A program made the translations under genes and the position numbers. From NCBI GenBank assembly GCA_964016885.1, contig OZ024746.1, positions 57,846,001-57,910,000 of the forward strand: a stretch of 64,000 bases of DNA, given 5' to 3'. Positions 1-15,521 of the stretch are shown piece by piece (position 1 is the stretch's first letter; every line of letters begins with the position of its first letter). The DNA comes from Eledone cirrhosa. Its lineage: Eukaryota. The notes below the pieces were generated by a model. It made no database searches. It saw nothing but the letters and a program-made list of their open reading frames with translations, and was not told the origin of the DNA.

Positions 1-210
1 TCTACTGTTAGCAGTGGACTGCAACAGTATGTTAGATGTAGGCTGGGGTTGTGTGAGAGTATGTGATAGAAGTTGGGATGCAAAACCCTCAAGTACCTAA
101 TTAGACAGTTCCAACTGGCTGCCAGGTAGCGGGTAGGTTTGCAGAATGCGCCAATTCGGACCTGGATGAATCTCATAGGGCATGTATATCGTATATATAT
201 ATATATATAT

Positions 211-582
211 ATTGTTATACTTTGGGAGGGTCATGTTGCAAATAAGAAACACACGCACCAGTTGCGTTCACTTCAATTTATTATAGATTAAATTTATAAA
301 TTTAGGAATTTATAAATTTCCGGCTTATTTTCTTTGTTTTTGTGCCTCACAAAGGAGAGGCACAAAAACAAAGAAAATAATCCCCAGTCACTGAAGATGT
401 CAGAGAATGTGTAACGAAAGAACTTTGACAATATATGAACAATCGTCTGGTTGTGGAACCAACCCGCCAACCGGAAATTTATAAATTCCTATATTTATAA
501 ATTGAATTTATAATAAATTGAAGTGCAAGCATTGGTGCGTGTGTTTCTTATTGGCAACATGACCCTCCCAAAGCATAACAAT
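211..582. mobile_element. Inverted pair of Penelope pLTR/3' ends beside (TA)n; same family as the PLE at 8351-9717
   Basis: 211-323 is an inverted repeat of ~470-582, with an inner IR 325-348/357-380. 357-582 matches the reverse complement of ~8351-8543 (GAGGCACAAAA..AAAGAAAATAATCCCCAGTCA..CATGACCCTCCCAA). Confidence 0.8.
387..429 (+). ncRNA. Minimal type-I hammerhead ribozyme (stem II decayed)
   Basis: GTCA-CTGAAGA-(stem II)-GAAA-GAAC-TT^TGAC; stem I GUCA/UGAC. The sister copy at 8472-8514 shows stem II GUCACAU/AUGUGAC. Confidence 0.65.
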
Positions 583-641
583 ATCGGTTTCAACACACGT
601 TTTCAGATAAAGAATCTTACTAAACAAATTCAGAAACGAAA

Positions 642-706
<65 letters not shown>

Positions 707-1467
707 ATATGCAATATACATGTATGCGCACTTCTATTATTGATACAAAAATAACACACACACAGCAATAAATAATGCACTTCTACGAAATTCACTGATC
801 TGCATACACATAACAGCACCCATGTAAGACCTGGCCACTCTGCCTATACCCCCATACACGTAGGTCCGAATAATCGTCTACATTCCAGTTTTCTTTTATC
901 CTTTTTTTTTTCCAAACTCCGAAAAACGAAATGAAATGTTTTGAAGGGTAAATCTTAAAAAGCATTTTTTTAACAGATGGATTCCCGCAGTGTCGCACTC
1001 TACCTAGTGTACTTAGGTTCCATTTCATAAAATAGCATCTGAAAACCAAGTCAAAGCGCTGTCCGTGGAGCAAAACACAAGACAACATGGTTAAGCATTC
1101 ACATGTACACATTGAATTTTATATAATTTTCATAGAATCTGTTACTCTCGTGAGACTGAGAAAAGTACGTAAATAAAATAAAGAGAAACTGAATGAATAA
1201 TAAAGACAAGAACAAAGCAATATATACATTTAAAAATGTAAACCATTAACATTATTGTGAGAAGAAGAGAAAATACGCACGTCACAGGATAGTAATAATA
1301 AACTCAAGAAAATTAACAAAAAGATCAGACGACGAACGTTAACAAGGCAAAATGAAAATAAAATTGTTGAAGCCGAAAACTTAACATATTTTTAAAATAT
1401 ATAATACACACGGAAGACACAGACCTCCAAGGACTTCAGCCGTTGATATGTATAGGCGATTGTATGC

Positions 1468-1595
1468 ATCTGATGATTTCTCACGAATGAAACAGTTCTA
1501 CTCCTGTAGAGGCTCTTCTATATTAAAACTTTTATACTCTGCTATGTATTGAGTACCTTACTTACTGTGGTTACCTCCGATTCAACCCGGAATAA

Positions 1596-1597
<2 letters not shown>
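1468..1597 (+). repeat. TA-associated repeat (probable pLTR 3' end) with HHR-like core; second copy at 3795-3921
   Basis: Near-identical to 3795-3921. CTGATGA-TTTC..GAAT-GAAAC; ends ..GATTCAACCCGGAATAAC followed by (TA)n. Stems I and III are not convincing. Confidence 0.6.
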
Positions 1598-1664
<67 letters not shown>

Positions 1665-1748
1665 AAAGTTATATTTAAATTGTTGTGTTACAACTAGTAA
1701 ATATTTATAACTGATATAAAAGCACTCGACAAATATTTGGAGTATATT

Positions 1749-2103
1749 TACAATATTAAATAAATGGAAACTATATTTATAAAACCATATTTATTTCATT
1801 ATATATATTTCAGGGATAACATATTAACAATATGCTATGCCTTCCTCAGACAAAATACAATATAAACAGTTTTATAGATAAATAGATTCGACATACCGTA
1901 CCAACATCTACTTGCATTTGACCAAATCAACCTTCTCAAATGCAAGTAGATGTTGGTACGGTATGTCGAATCTATTTATCTATAAAACTGTTTATATTGT
2001 ATTTTGTCTGAGGAAGGCATAGCATATTGTTAATATGTTATCCCTGAAATATATATAATGAAATAAATATGGTTTTATAAATATAGTTTCCATTTATTTA
2101 ATA

Positions 2104-2108
<5 letters not shown>
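1749..2108. repeat. 173-bp-arm inverted repeat (14-nt spacer) abutting (TA)n
   Basis: 1749-1921 is the reverse complement of 1936-2108; no mismatch seen by eye. Confidence 0.95.
1992..2072 (+). ncRNA. Hammerhead ribozyme; mirror copy on - strand at 1785-1865
   Basis: Stem I UAUUUUGU/AUGAAAUA, CUGAGGA, stem II AGG(C)AUAGCAUAUU/AAUAUGUUAU(C)CCU, GAAA, palindromic stem III AUAUAUAU, predicted cleavage after AUA (2057). Confidence 0.8.
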
Positions 2109-2518
<410 letters not shown>

Positions 2519-3410
2519 TCTATATATATATACAACTGAGGATGTCTGTCTGTGTGTGTGTGAGTTTGAATCCCTAAAACTCGATAACCACCCAACCGAC
2601 TGTTTTCAAACTTTACACATGTAATACATATGTTTCGGGGAGTGTTTCAAGCACAAAGAATTTCAAATGTTCAATGCCCTAGGGATCGTATATGCCTATT
2701 TAGCGATATCTCTCTATATTTCTTAGTCTTTCTCTTTTTAGATAGATACATACATATAACGTCGCGCCCTTATAATATATTTCTGTATGTCTGACTGTCT
2801 GCATTACGTCACTTCCCCGAGGATGTATGTGTGGGTGTATATGTCTGTGAGTTTGAATCCCTAAAACTCGAGAAGTAGCAAACTTTAAATGTGTATTACT
2901 TATATTCCAGGGAGTGTTATGCACATAACAACATTCAACTTTTTTATCCCCTAGGGAATGACGTTTTTTCTGGTATTTAGGGTTTTTTTGAGTCGTTACG
3001 TCAGACTGATTTCCTTGAAATTGTAACTATGTTTTAGTCAACCTCTTCTTCATACCCTGAACCAAGAAAATCCAAATTTTTCTAGGGCCCGCATTAGGTG
3101 AAACACTTCATTTTTTCAGCTTTTTAGAGCTTTTATGAGGCGTTACGTCTAGCCGATTTTCCCGAAATTTCAAGGCATATTATGCACATTAAAAAAATTC
3201 ATTTTCTTGATCCCCTAGGGCCCGCATTAGGAGAAAACCTGCATTTTTCCTGCTTCATCGAGGAAAATCTTAAAGATTATCCAGCCATCAGTGTATTCGG
3301 TTTATTTACTTTACATATTGTCCACGCATGCAGTTTTTCCACGATTAGGTCTGTTGGCGGCCCGCGTTCCATAATACCTTATCCCGTGCAACGCCAGGTA
3401 CCACTGCTAC
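2519..3410 (+). mobile_element. Non-autonomous Helitron
   Basis: 5' A|TCTATATATATATACAACTGAGGATGTCTGTCTGTGTG. 3' GC hairpin CCCGTGCAACGCCAGG followed by ..TGCTAC|T (CTAG decayed to CTAC). Inserted between A and T, no TSD, internal sub-repeats (GAGTTTGAATCCCTAAAACTCGA x2). Confidence 0.65.
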
Positions 3411-3474
3411 TATTAATATACTCAATGCTATCTTCTGGACCTATATAATATATTCCCCTGCTTGGATATTTATG

Positions 3475-4178
<704 letters not shown>

Positions 4179-5858
4179 ATGTATATATAAATATATAAAT
4201 TGTAGATCAATAGGAGTGGGTACAGCCCTCATTCGTGACGGGTGAATGCGACAATCGGACAGTTTAAAATACAGAGCACAATAATTCAATTTACATGAAA
4301 AACTAGCGATTTTATAGCTCAAATCGTTTTTTTTTTTTAATTTCTACGACCGTTTCCATATATATATGTGTATAATTGCTTGCAAACTCCCCCATATTCA
4401 AGCAATCCTTAGAATACACGTAATATAGTGAGCGCTTCAGAATTATTTGTATATATAAGAATGTATTATTTTATGAAATGTATGATATTCAATAGCGCCT
4501 TAAGTTAATCTTAATATTGCGTTTCAGAGTGTACTTCATTTAAGGGACGACTATCTTCGCTGTATACCTAGTGTTTGTTAATTTTGTATATAATTTCCTA
4601 TCGAAATAGATGTTGGTTTACTTCACATACCCCTTTTTCCATAGAGTCCTATATATGCATGCTGCAATGGTTTCATCATATCTGTTTAATATATACTATT
4701 TCATAAATAGACGAAATTCGCTGCGATACATATAATCACATTTCTTATATGACTGTGTATAACTCGGCTTCTAAATACTACCGCTTGTTATTGGTATTTT
4801 GTTACATACTCTGTTTTAATGTCTAGATGCATTGAAACACGGATGTGTTAAAAGGAAAGGCTTTGCTGCGTGTATTGGTTTTTGAAACGGTTCTATACGA
4901 AACCTAATTTCAATAACCTATAATTTCTACTGAAGCGTTATGCAAAAAGCCTTCAATAGGCATTATCAATTCTTTTGGATGTTCAGAGCATTTCGAAATG
5001 TGTTTTCAGAATGAAGGCATTAGCTATTTTTGATAAATTTACTACAGTGGCTTCTCTATAATGTATGTTTGTTTACGATTATGTTTATACACGATTTTGG
5101 CTACTGGGGTGTTTGCAATGAATTATATATACATGAACATGTGTGTTTGTGTGTGTGTCGTGTGCCTTTGTTTCTATGTTTATATGCGTTAAATACATAT
5201 ATAGGTTACTTACATCAAGTTCTAGAAAAATAAGTAAATACGTAAATAAGACCCTCAATATACTTTTGAAGTCGTTGGCTCACAAAATATAAATATATAT
5301 TCGGAACATCATGCACGCACTTTATCTTCCGAGTAAAAAATAATATATTTTTTCCTGTTACTCTAACATCAACGCAAATGTTGCTATTTATTCCTTCGTG
5401 CCTTGCCTGTAGTTTTTCACAACGCATTACTTTTTATAGAATGGCAAAGGTATCTCCTCGTTATAATTAATAACCTTCGACTTGAACGATACATTTTTTT
5501 ACAAAAAAAAAAAATATTTTCAGTCATGTACTAAAATATGCCAATATTTCTCCATTTCCAATTTTCTCTCTCTCACAAATCCTAAATCAAGCAAATATGT
5601 GCTTGTGTGTGAATATGCGTGCGTGCTTGATATAAGGCGCTGTATAATAAATACACTAAACATGCATAGAGTGAATGACTCATATAAGGATTATAGAATC
5701 AATATAATATTTTATTTGTTAGTAATTGTGACTATATAATTCGAAGATTCACGGAAGCTATAGGATTCACAACAGCGTATATTTTGAAAAATCGATGCCT
5801 TCGGTGAAACTTTGACGTTAGGAGTCATTATCAATATCATTAAATATCATTAAATATA

Positions 5859-5946
<88 letters not shown>

Positions 5947-6418
5947 TATAAACACACACATATATATATGTATTTATATATATGTGTATGTGTGTATGTG
6001 TATTATCTAGTCTACATACAGTGGCCTAAAATAATGAGCTATATCTAAAATTATTTTGATACTATCAATGTATAAAATATTCTATTTGTACTGTCCTCTT
6101 CGTCCATTCAATTTATTCCAAACTACCCACTTTGATAACAATATTACCAAATTATAGAAAAATGATGTTATTAATATTACTCTATGTGTACGTAGACATA
6201 TGCACTTTAAAAATATACAACGTTATATATAAATTGTTAGCATTTCATGCTATATGTAAAGTATTCCCTCGCCTTTCCTACCGAAAAAAACTATTTATCC
6301 ATAAATCTTAAATAACACATAAGCCAGGTTTAAATAAAAACTAAATAACAACATATAATTTATATATACAGAAATTATACACACACACATATATATAAAT
6401 ATATATATGTACATATAC

Positions 6419-6449
<31 letters not shown>

Positions 6450-6470
6450 AATATATATATATATAAATAC

Positions 6471-6535
<65 letters not shown>

Positions 6536-7893
6536 CGTGTGTGTGTGTCTGTGTGTGTTTGTGTGTGTTTGTATGTGTATGTGCGTGTTTGGGCTCGCTT
6601 CAATATGGAGGTTATCTAATACAGTGTTACGAGTAATTTTCACAATGTTTTATATGTGAGAACGCTGCGATTTTAAAATACGTGGTATAGAATGTTAATG
6701 AGGACTGCAAAGAATGTCACCAATTTTTGCCGTGTAATTCTGATATAGAATTCACTTCAAGTTTTGAAATTAGCATTCGTATTTCATGTTACAGTTTTAT
6801 TTCTTTCAGTGTTTCTCCTAGATTTTTGGCAATTTCGTCTTATTTTGTTCTATTTCTTTATAAAGATCATAAAATTGCCAGAAATTTTGACATTTCCAAG
6901 AAGTCAAACAAATAGTTATAAAACTACGCGTCCGTATCTGCACATAGCTTCTAAACATTTTGATATGTTATCACATGAACAACATTTTTATTTATTTCAT
7001 TTTATCTTTATTACATTTTAGTTTTCGTTGTTTTACTCAAGGCTTTTTTCATTTCAAACAGAAACACTGAACATGCAGAAAAAATACATTATTGAAAAAT
7101 ATATCTATCTATGATATATAGTTAAACTACATAGTTAATGATACTTATATATAAAATATGTCTACGCTGGATAAGAGGAAATGATAATAATAATAATAAT
7201 ATTAATAATAATAATGATAATAGATTTTGATTTAAAATTCCAAAAGCTAAACACTCAGCATTTCAATTTTTCATCCTAAAAAACGGGCTGAAATTGCTGT
7301 TAACCTGTATGCATTAGAATTTTAAATGTATACACACACACACATACACACACACACATAAACACACACACACACAGACAAACACACACAGACATATATA
7401 TATATATATACATACTCACACACATGCATATATATATATTCATACACGCATATATATACATATAAATATATATTATGTATACATATGTGTGTCCGAGTGT
7501 TTTTTTGCGTGTGAGTGTGTATATGCGTGTGTATATATGTATGTGTGTGTAGTTATTATTATTCTTATTTTTATTATCCATTGACTATTATAAAGCATAT
7601 ATCTTCTTTCATTAAATTATTTAGGAAATCGTTGGTGATTTGTATATCGAAAAGTTCTACTCCGCATTTATTTTTCATTGCAAACTTAGTTCAAACAGAA
7701 CACCTACGGCTTTTCATTTGTCGAATATTGCGTTCATATTTGGGGGTGTTTATAGAAATCAAGTAGTAGAAATACTAGAAACATAAGAAAGAATATCATA
7801 ATTTATTGATGTAAATAATTCAAAAAGATTTGAACATATATTGCGTGTATTAAAGTATACCCCTTACTATTCATTATGCAAAAATAGATATAA

Positions 7894-7976
<83 letters not shown>

Positions 7977-8156
7977 ATGTGTGTGTGTGAAGTTAATGAT
8001 GGATTATAGATATATATATATAAATGTAAAAACTAACTATTTTAAATTGTAAATGCATATTTTCTTTGCTGAAATAATTTAGGAAATCGTTGAAGATTAG
8101 TATTTCTCGAGCAAGAAACAGAGAGAGAAGGGGAAACATAGAGAGTAGGGTATATA

Positions 8157-8202
<46 letters not shown>

Positions 8203-8206
<4 letters not shown>

Positions 8207-8340
8207 GCGCTCTCTAAACAGGGAAGTAGTTAGAGTTACTTACCGTCGAAAGTCTAGAACCCTCTTTTGCAACTTCCGAATAGAGGTTATAAATAGCTGC
8301 AGCACAGCCAGCTCTTTCTCTCTTTGGCGCCTTTTCTACT
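8203..8340 (+). mobile_element. Partial copy of an LTR-like sequence related to 32288-32757
   Basis: TGTAG start; shares CGCTCTCTA.ACAGG.AAGTAG..TAGAACCCT..CAACTTCCG..TATAAA with the reverse complement of 32650-32705. Confidence 0.4.
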
Positions 8341-8350
8341 ATATATATAT

Positions 8351-9717
8351 ATTATTATAATTGGGAGGGTCATGTTGCCAATAAGAAACACACTCACGAG
8401 TTCTTTCACTCCAATTTATTATAAATAAAATTTAGAAATTTAAGAATTTATAAATTTCCGGTTGGTTGGTTGTCAAAGTTCTTTTGTCACATATTATGTG
8501 ACCTCTTCTGTGACTGGGGATTATTTTCTTTGTTTTGTGCCTCTACTTTGTTCTGTCCTACGCCATCTTGTTTTTGTGTGTGTTGTGTGCTTAGTTTGCG
8601 CATGTGTTACATCCGTGTGTCTGTGTGTGTTTTTATTTGTTTATTTATTTGTTTATTTACATGTTACTGGTTGGTTGGTTGGTTGTTCTATGTGTGTGTG
8701 TGTTTTCATTTTGTCTTTAATTGTAAGTTGTGATGTTGCTGTTCCACTCATGTTTTCTATTTAATTTTGGTTGTAGTTCATTTATGTTTACAGCCTCTGT
8801 GATTTCTCTAAACATTGCGTCTTTTCTGTGTGTAGATTCTATTTTTATTTCTATGTTTTCTAATTTTCCCTTATGTTCTATTTTAGCATGTTGGTGGAGT
8901 ATTGATGATTTTTGTTTATCTTGAAGTTCTCGCCAGTGTTCATTTAACCGTTCTCCTATACTACGATCTGTCTCACCTATGTACACTATATTATTATCTT
9001 TACATTGTCCTTCAGTACATCTTATGCTATATACTACATTTCTAGTTTTACAGTTAATATGGGGGCTTAGTTTACAGATTATGTATTTCTTATCTATACA
9101 GGGAGGTCTTTGCAAAGGGTATGTATTACTAATAAGTGTTTTTATGGATGTACCTGGTCTTTCTACTATCTTAATATTAAGTTTAATTTTATCTAGGGCC
9201 CTTCGAAATTTGTAAGCTAATTCATCTCTAGGGGTGTATTGATGAACATTACACTCTGGTATTTATTGCTATCATAACATGAGTTTATTCTATTAACCTT
9301 ATTCCTATTTTTTTCTATTCTATTCCAAAATTTGCTCCTATAAAAGGGGCAGGTCCCATTTGTTTCATTACTTTTTTTTTCCCCCATTTGGTTCTGGCTC
9401 CTCTATATACTCTGATTTTATCTCTCTGATTGTAACCAGAGAACTGCATACGGTAGAAGAAGTGTTGTATGTGTCTCTCTAGTTCTTTGGGGTTGCACAT
9501 GCGGGACACGTTTCTCATCACCCGTACCAAATCCGCAATCAGTAGGTTGATCTTGGTGTGAACCGAAACAGCTGAGTTTCTGTGGATCAGATATTTGGAA
9601 GTCATGGGTTTGGCATAATGGAAATGGAGGATTTATTTTTTTGTTATTAATAGTTTCTAACCAGAGCTCTGTGTCTAGTACAGGTAATCGATGGTTGGGG
9701 TGTTTGCTTAGGTAGTC
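8351..9717 (-). mobile_element. 5'-truncated Penelope-like element (RT C-terminus + GIY-YIG), pseudogenised
   Basis: DYLSKHPNHRLPVLDTELW, HYAKPMTSKYLIHRNSA..RMQFSGY; ORF 8717-9115 CKTRNVVYSIRC..IVYIGETDRSIGERLNEH..REITEA..PKLNRKHEW. 3' pLTR with HHR remnant ends at (TA)n. Confidence 0.9.
8472..8514 (-). ncRNA. Inactivated hammerhead ribozyme in PLE pLTR
   Basis: GTCA-CAGAAGA-GGTCACATAATATGTGAC-AAAA-GAAC-TT-TGAC; two core substitutions relative to the copy at 387-429. Confidence 0.6.
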
Positions 9718-9762
9718 TATAGTAACTCTAATACTCTCTCTCCTCTCTCTATATATATATTT

Positions 9763-9798
<36 letters not shown>

Positions 9799-9972
9799 GA
9801 AGAGAGAGAGTCATGGAGAGACATTGACATGGTATCTAGAAAAATGGCTGCATCTCTACTTAAATACCAGAAGCCACGTTGTCGCAGCGAATGAAGCCTT
9901 TCAAAGTAAACATTAACAATATCTATGCGTGTATATGTATCTACACACACGTACGCACGCACACACACACAT

Positions 9973-10282
<310 letters not shown>

Positions 10283-11558
10283 TTATGTGTATATGTGTTT
10301 GTGGGCATGTATAATACTAGGTTAATTTCGTGATAAATATACAATACGCATCTTCTGATAGAATATCTCAATACATACATGAATTTACACATCTTTTATC
10401 TTATTCATATAGGGTGAAGATTACATATTAGATACTTAAACATAAATATTTCCTAATATGAGGAGAGATGCTTTAAATGAAATTGGCTTGGTATTAGATG
10501 TTAGATTAAGCCACTATACTAGAAACAGCAGCGGAAACGTAAGATGTCTTGAAATATTAACTAATATTGTGTTATATGTATTAGAATGATTTTTTTTTTG
10601 TGTGCTATTATAAGAACTCATAAAATGGAGAGTCATGTGCTACCTTCTTAGATCAACGCACCAAGTGTATGATAGAGAAAGTGTTGCCATAATTACAGTC
10701 AGTGATATAGGTTGTGGCAGACATTCCTCTTTACGAGGGTCATACATAGATTATGATGTCATGATCATAATTTCGCGTAGCAGAAACTCAGTCTAGAAAC
10801 TGAGTCTATTGGATATTCTATTTATTCAAATACATAACATTTTCCCAAAATGTTGAGTTCTTTACCTAATCTTGAAATCAGTATTAACTGACAACGTGCC
10901 CTTTAGCAGCACACATACTCTACTGCATTGAACTGACATACATCCACTCACTAGCAAGCACACATACACACTTACACAAATAGCACACGTTTGAGAATGC
11001 AGAATTATTACTTTATTCTATTTTTCTGGGTCGGTCTGAAGTTAGTACCACCACACAATGTTACTTCTAAAGATCGTTTCGGTAGTTCTATTTCCAAAAA
11101 AGCCTGCATCTTATCTGAGGCTTGTCAAAGAGAGAGAAGAAGCAGCATTGAATTCTATTGTTCCTTTGTTATGCTCCGAGAAAATTCTATTAATCGATAA
11201 TTTATAATTAAAATCATTGTTTTTGACCACCGATCATATAATGGTTTTTAATTAGCGTGTTGTTGATGTTTCGGCACCTAAATAGTTCTTGAAAAAGTTC
11301 GTTTTCTTAATAAATTCCACAACAAAATTCTTTATCTTAAACTCTTTATTTCTGTGTCAGTTATTATTTCTTAATTCAAACTGGAAATTACAACTGATAA
11401 AATCGATATTTTACCGATATTCAAAGAGTCTTTCTCTCATTTAAACTCCATGTTGAAATGCGATTTCTTCTGAATATACTTCTCTTGTAGAAGGCCGGCT
11501 ATTCAACGTATGTATATATATGTATATGTATGTATATACATGCACACACACACATATT

Positions 11559-11590
<32 letters not shown>

Positions 11591-14062
11591 ATAGTAGTAG
11601 TATATAAGGGAACACAGAATCAGTATATATATATATATATTTAGTTTTATGTTTATCTAAAATTACATCATCGACAGTATTAATTCATCCATCAGGAGAG
11701 TGAGATGTTTTATTACGAGAGGAATTCTAATGCAAACTACAACAAAGATAACAACCATTGCCGCAACCTATCCTGTAAATATGGATTACGTACTTACTAA
11801 ATAACGACTCAAAATGCAACGTTGGATGATTTTGAAAATGTCCTGTGAAACATAATCTGTATGTGCCTGTATGTGCCTGTTTCTCCTATATCGGTGTGTG
11901 GGTGCGACTGGTGCATACTACATTCCTTGTGGATTTAATTTAAATCAGACAGATCCCTTCTACCTACAGCTGTGAATATGGCTAATTACCTCCAGAGCAA
12001 GGAAAAGGAATGATGTAGATTGAGAATCGACCCCAGTACGGGGCTTGTAGTTCTTGTATCGATCTCGGAAACATGAATAGCAAAGTTGACCTTAGCCGAA
12101 GTTCAACTGAGATCACAGGACAAAGCATTCTATTCGACGCTCTAACGACTCACAAAATGTTAAACTTGATGAATATGAATTTTTAAAAAATATCAATTTA
12201 AAAGAGAATACTCAATGTAATATAATCCTTTCTTGAAACAACATTTATCTATTTTGAAACAACATTTATCTATTTTAGAAAGCGGTAAATATGCGAGCCC
12301 TGGCTGAAACGATTAAAAATGTTAACACGTATATCACGTATTATGATTCATATAAATATTTCATCTATAAAGAACTGCAAAAACAAAATGCTTCTTTTAA
12401 CATAATTGTCATAAATTGAAAAATTAAAACACTGTTAAACCACAGAATTTATAACAATACACTGAATCATATATCATTAGCAGCCATTGAATTACACTTC
12501 AAGGACATGAGCTTTTAAATATATCCCTTCCATTAGATTAATACGTCCACCAACTTCTGACATAAGAACTATTAGTAAAAAACAGTCAAGATAGAATTAT
12601 ACCTACCATCAGAGAGAATTTTTAAATTAATCTATACGGAAACATAAATGAAGTTTTAGAGTAGTTCATTAACTTATATAAGAAGAATGTGAATTCTTTA
12701 CAGTTCGAATTTGACAATCGTTATACATCGATTCCTCCTCACCTCCTAATCGGAGCAGCGACTATAGCTAAGACCCTCACTGACATTACTAGACAGGAAA
12801 TTGATATTGTTGTGGTTGCCAGACGCCCTAAAATTGAATTTGATGGCAGCCTTATGATGAGGAATAAGTCAACATAAGTATCTATTACTACGAGATCGGC
12901 TCGTGTCACAGTAATTGTGACACGATAAATAAATTAAGTACTGAACTCTCCAGCATAGAAATTGCTTGTTATAGGAAATACTTTCTTTTCACCTTTAGAA
13001 ATATTTACAATTCTGTGCTAGAGAGGTTTATAAAATCAATTGTATAAATTATTTAAAAAATATCACTTACGTACTGCTATAAATATTTAACATCTTACAT
13101 GTCACATTTTAGTATTGAAATGAAATGTGACATCTAAGACTCTACACTTTGTAATCAACCTACATTCATTTTTCAATATCTTATTAATAAGGGACTTGTA
13201 GAATATATAGACTCGCCAGGAACGAGGGAGTTTTCGACTAAAATGCTCAATATTACAATAACGTAGCGCTTGCAGCAACGGAAGATACTGAGAAACGGCA
13301 TTTCTACGCAACTAAAATGTCATTAACTCTCGAAATATGACAACGTATTGCCTAAACAATACCGCTTCTGGGGATACTAGTAATTATAACACGCCTTGAA
13401 TAAGAAATACCAGTATATTCAGGAGTAATAGCAATAATAATAACGAGAGTATTGATAAAAATGGTGATATTAATATTAACCAAATTGAACTTCAAGATAA
13501 ACCATACTTCCCTGTTAAAACTTGTAATGTAATGCCGAATATTTTAAGCAACAAACAGGAAATGAATGGCAAAAGCCCAACACATACAAATTTATCTCCT
13601 CATAATGCAAGGTTCTCAAGATGCTCTAATAGAATAAGTATAGGTACTCCGTATAACCCGCAATTATATACAACTAGTTATAATATATTATCTATTGAAG
13701 ATTCACATACTTAACTATTCACGGAAAAGAAAAAAAATAGGCGAACAAATATAAATGGTTCAATCATTTTTATGAGGTAGGTGTAGACTATAACATACCT
13801 AGATTATTCTCTGATATATTTGAAAAAAAAACATTTCCACCAACTCATAAATATTGTATGTTAATAAATAAGACTGCATTGAAAATATATTTCTCAACCA
13901 TACCGATCTTAGTTGATTTCTTGGCATTCAATAACCATAGAAAAATTAATAGATATAAGCTGAATAAATAAATCTTGTTAACTCTGTTATGCAAACAGCC
14001 ATCCAATAGTTTTAAATAATGAATACAATAGTAGCACTATTAATAATAATAATTATGATAAT

Positions 14063-14240
14063 AATTGTTTCCACTTTTGACATAAGGCCATCAATTACCC
14101 AGTACATTACTGGTACTTTATTTTATCGACCCCGTAAGGATGAAAGGCAAAGTTAACCTCGGCAGAATTTGAACTCAGACCGTAAAGGGACGTAATTATG
14201 CTGGAAAGCATGGCATCCGACCCTCTACCGATACCGCCAA
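14063..14240 (-). mobile_element. tRNA-derived SINE (main family)
   Basis: A box TGGCGGTATCGG, B box GAGTTCAAATTC, conserved GCCTTTCATCCTTACGGGGTCGATAAAATAAAGTACCAG, (ATT)n tail. Confidence 0.85.
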
Positions 14241-14821
14241 GGATAATAATGATAACACATTTAGTGTTTCCAATATGAATAATGATATATAACCACGACA
14301 ATCGTTTAAAAACCACCCGAGTTTGACCAATTAGCAGCAAATGTCTTTGAGGTAACGCTCTATATATGTGAGCTTCAGAACACTTAGAACTACATAGGAG
14401 CCAATACTAAGAATGTAATGTCGTGTTTCTGGACACATTTACATTCATTTAAGAATGAAGGATTATTTTTAAAATATCAAATCTGCTGTTAAAGATTGTA
14501 ACATTGGAAAGTCTTCAATAGATATGTTTAATTCTACTAATTCATCTGGGGTACGTAGAAATAATTGCAATATTTGACCGACTGAAGAGTGGGGAATAAT
14601 CATTTTTAAATTTATAGTAAATATGAAATTGAAATAGCCCCATCGTGTCTAACACTTACATTTTAAAACACACAAGCGTTAGACAAGCATCACCTCGTTA
14701 GATGGCTGGAACTGGTAAATGAGTGAAGGAGTGAATATTTGAAACAATTCAGAATTTGTATCATCGATTTCACATTATTACTAATCTTTAATGAACACTA
14801 TTTTATCCTTTAGATCATAAA

Positions 14822-14857
<36 letters not shown>

Positions 14858-15343
14858 ACACACACAAACAAACACCCCCCCCACACACACACACACATAC
14901 ATACACACATACACACACACACAATTATTTATTTATATATATATATATATATATGAACAAATATATCTAAAAACAAATAGTAGAAAGAAAAAAGATTGTT
15001 TTCATTAAAAATTGTTGAAGAGGTTTTTTTTAGTGAAATTTCAAAACATTAATTTATTTACAATACCGGTTTGAGCATTAAATGCATTATCAATTGCGGA
15101 TATGCAGAATATTGTTAGGTAGCATATTTGTACAAATAGTGAAAATAATGATAACAAAAAAAAAAAAAATAGAGAGAGGGGGAAGAAAAGTTAATTTTCA
15201 CATACGTGTTCTATAGAGAAGAAATCCAATTAGTCTGTCCATCCTTCTCTGCTAATGGCTTGGTTGTATATATACATATATCCAACCAATAAATTTAATG
15301 AAGGAGTAACCTTTCGTCCTTGTATTATTATATTACACTCTAT

Positions 15344-15521
15344 GCGGTGGATTCGCAGTATAGGTAAAATGTCTGACACCATGTTTTGCAGCACACATTT
15401 ACGGTCTTAGTTCAAATACCGCCGAGGTTAACTTTGCCTTTCATCCTTACAGGGTCGATACAATAAAGTACCAGTAATGTACCGGAATAATTGCTGGTTT
15501 TGTGCCCAACGTAGAAATTAT
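15344..15521 (+). mobile_element. tRNA-derived SINE with ~16-bp TSD
   Basis: Same family; TSD TATTATATTACACTCT on both sides; paralogous empty site at ~61810-61900. Confidence 0.85.
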
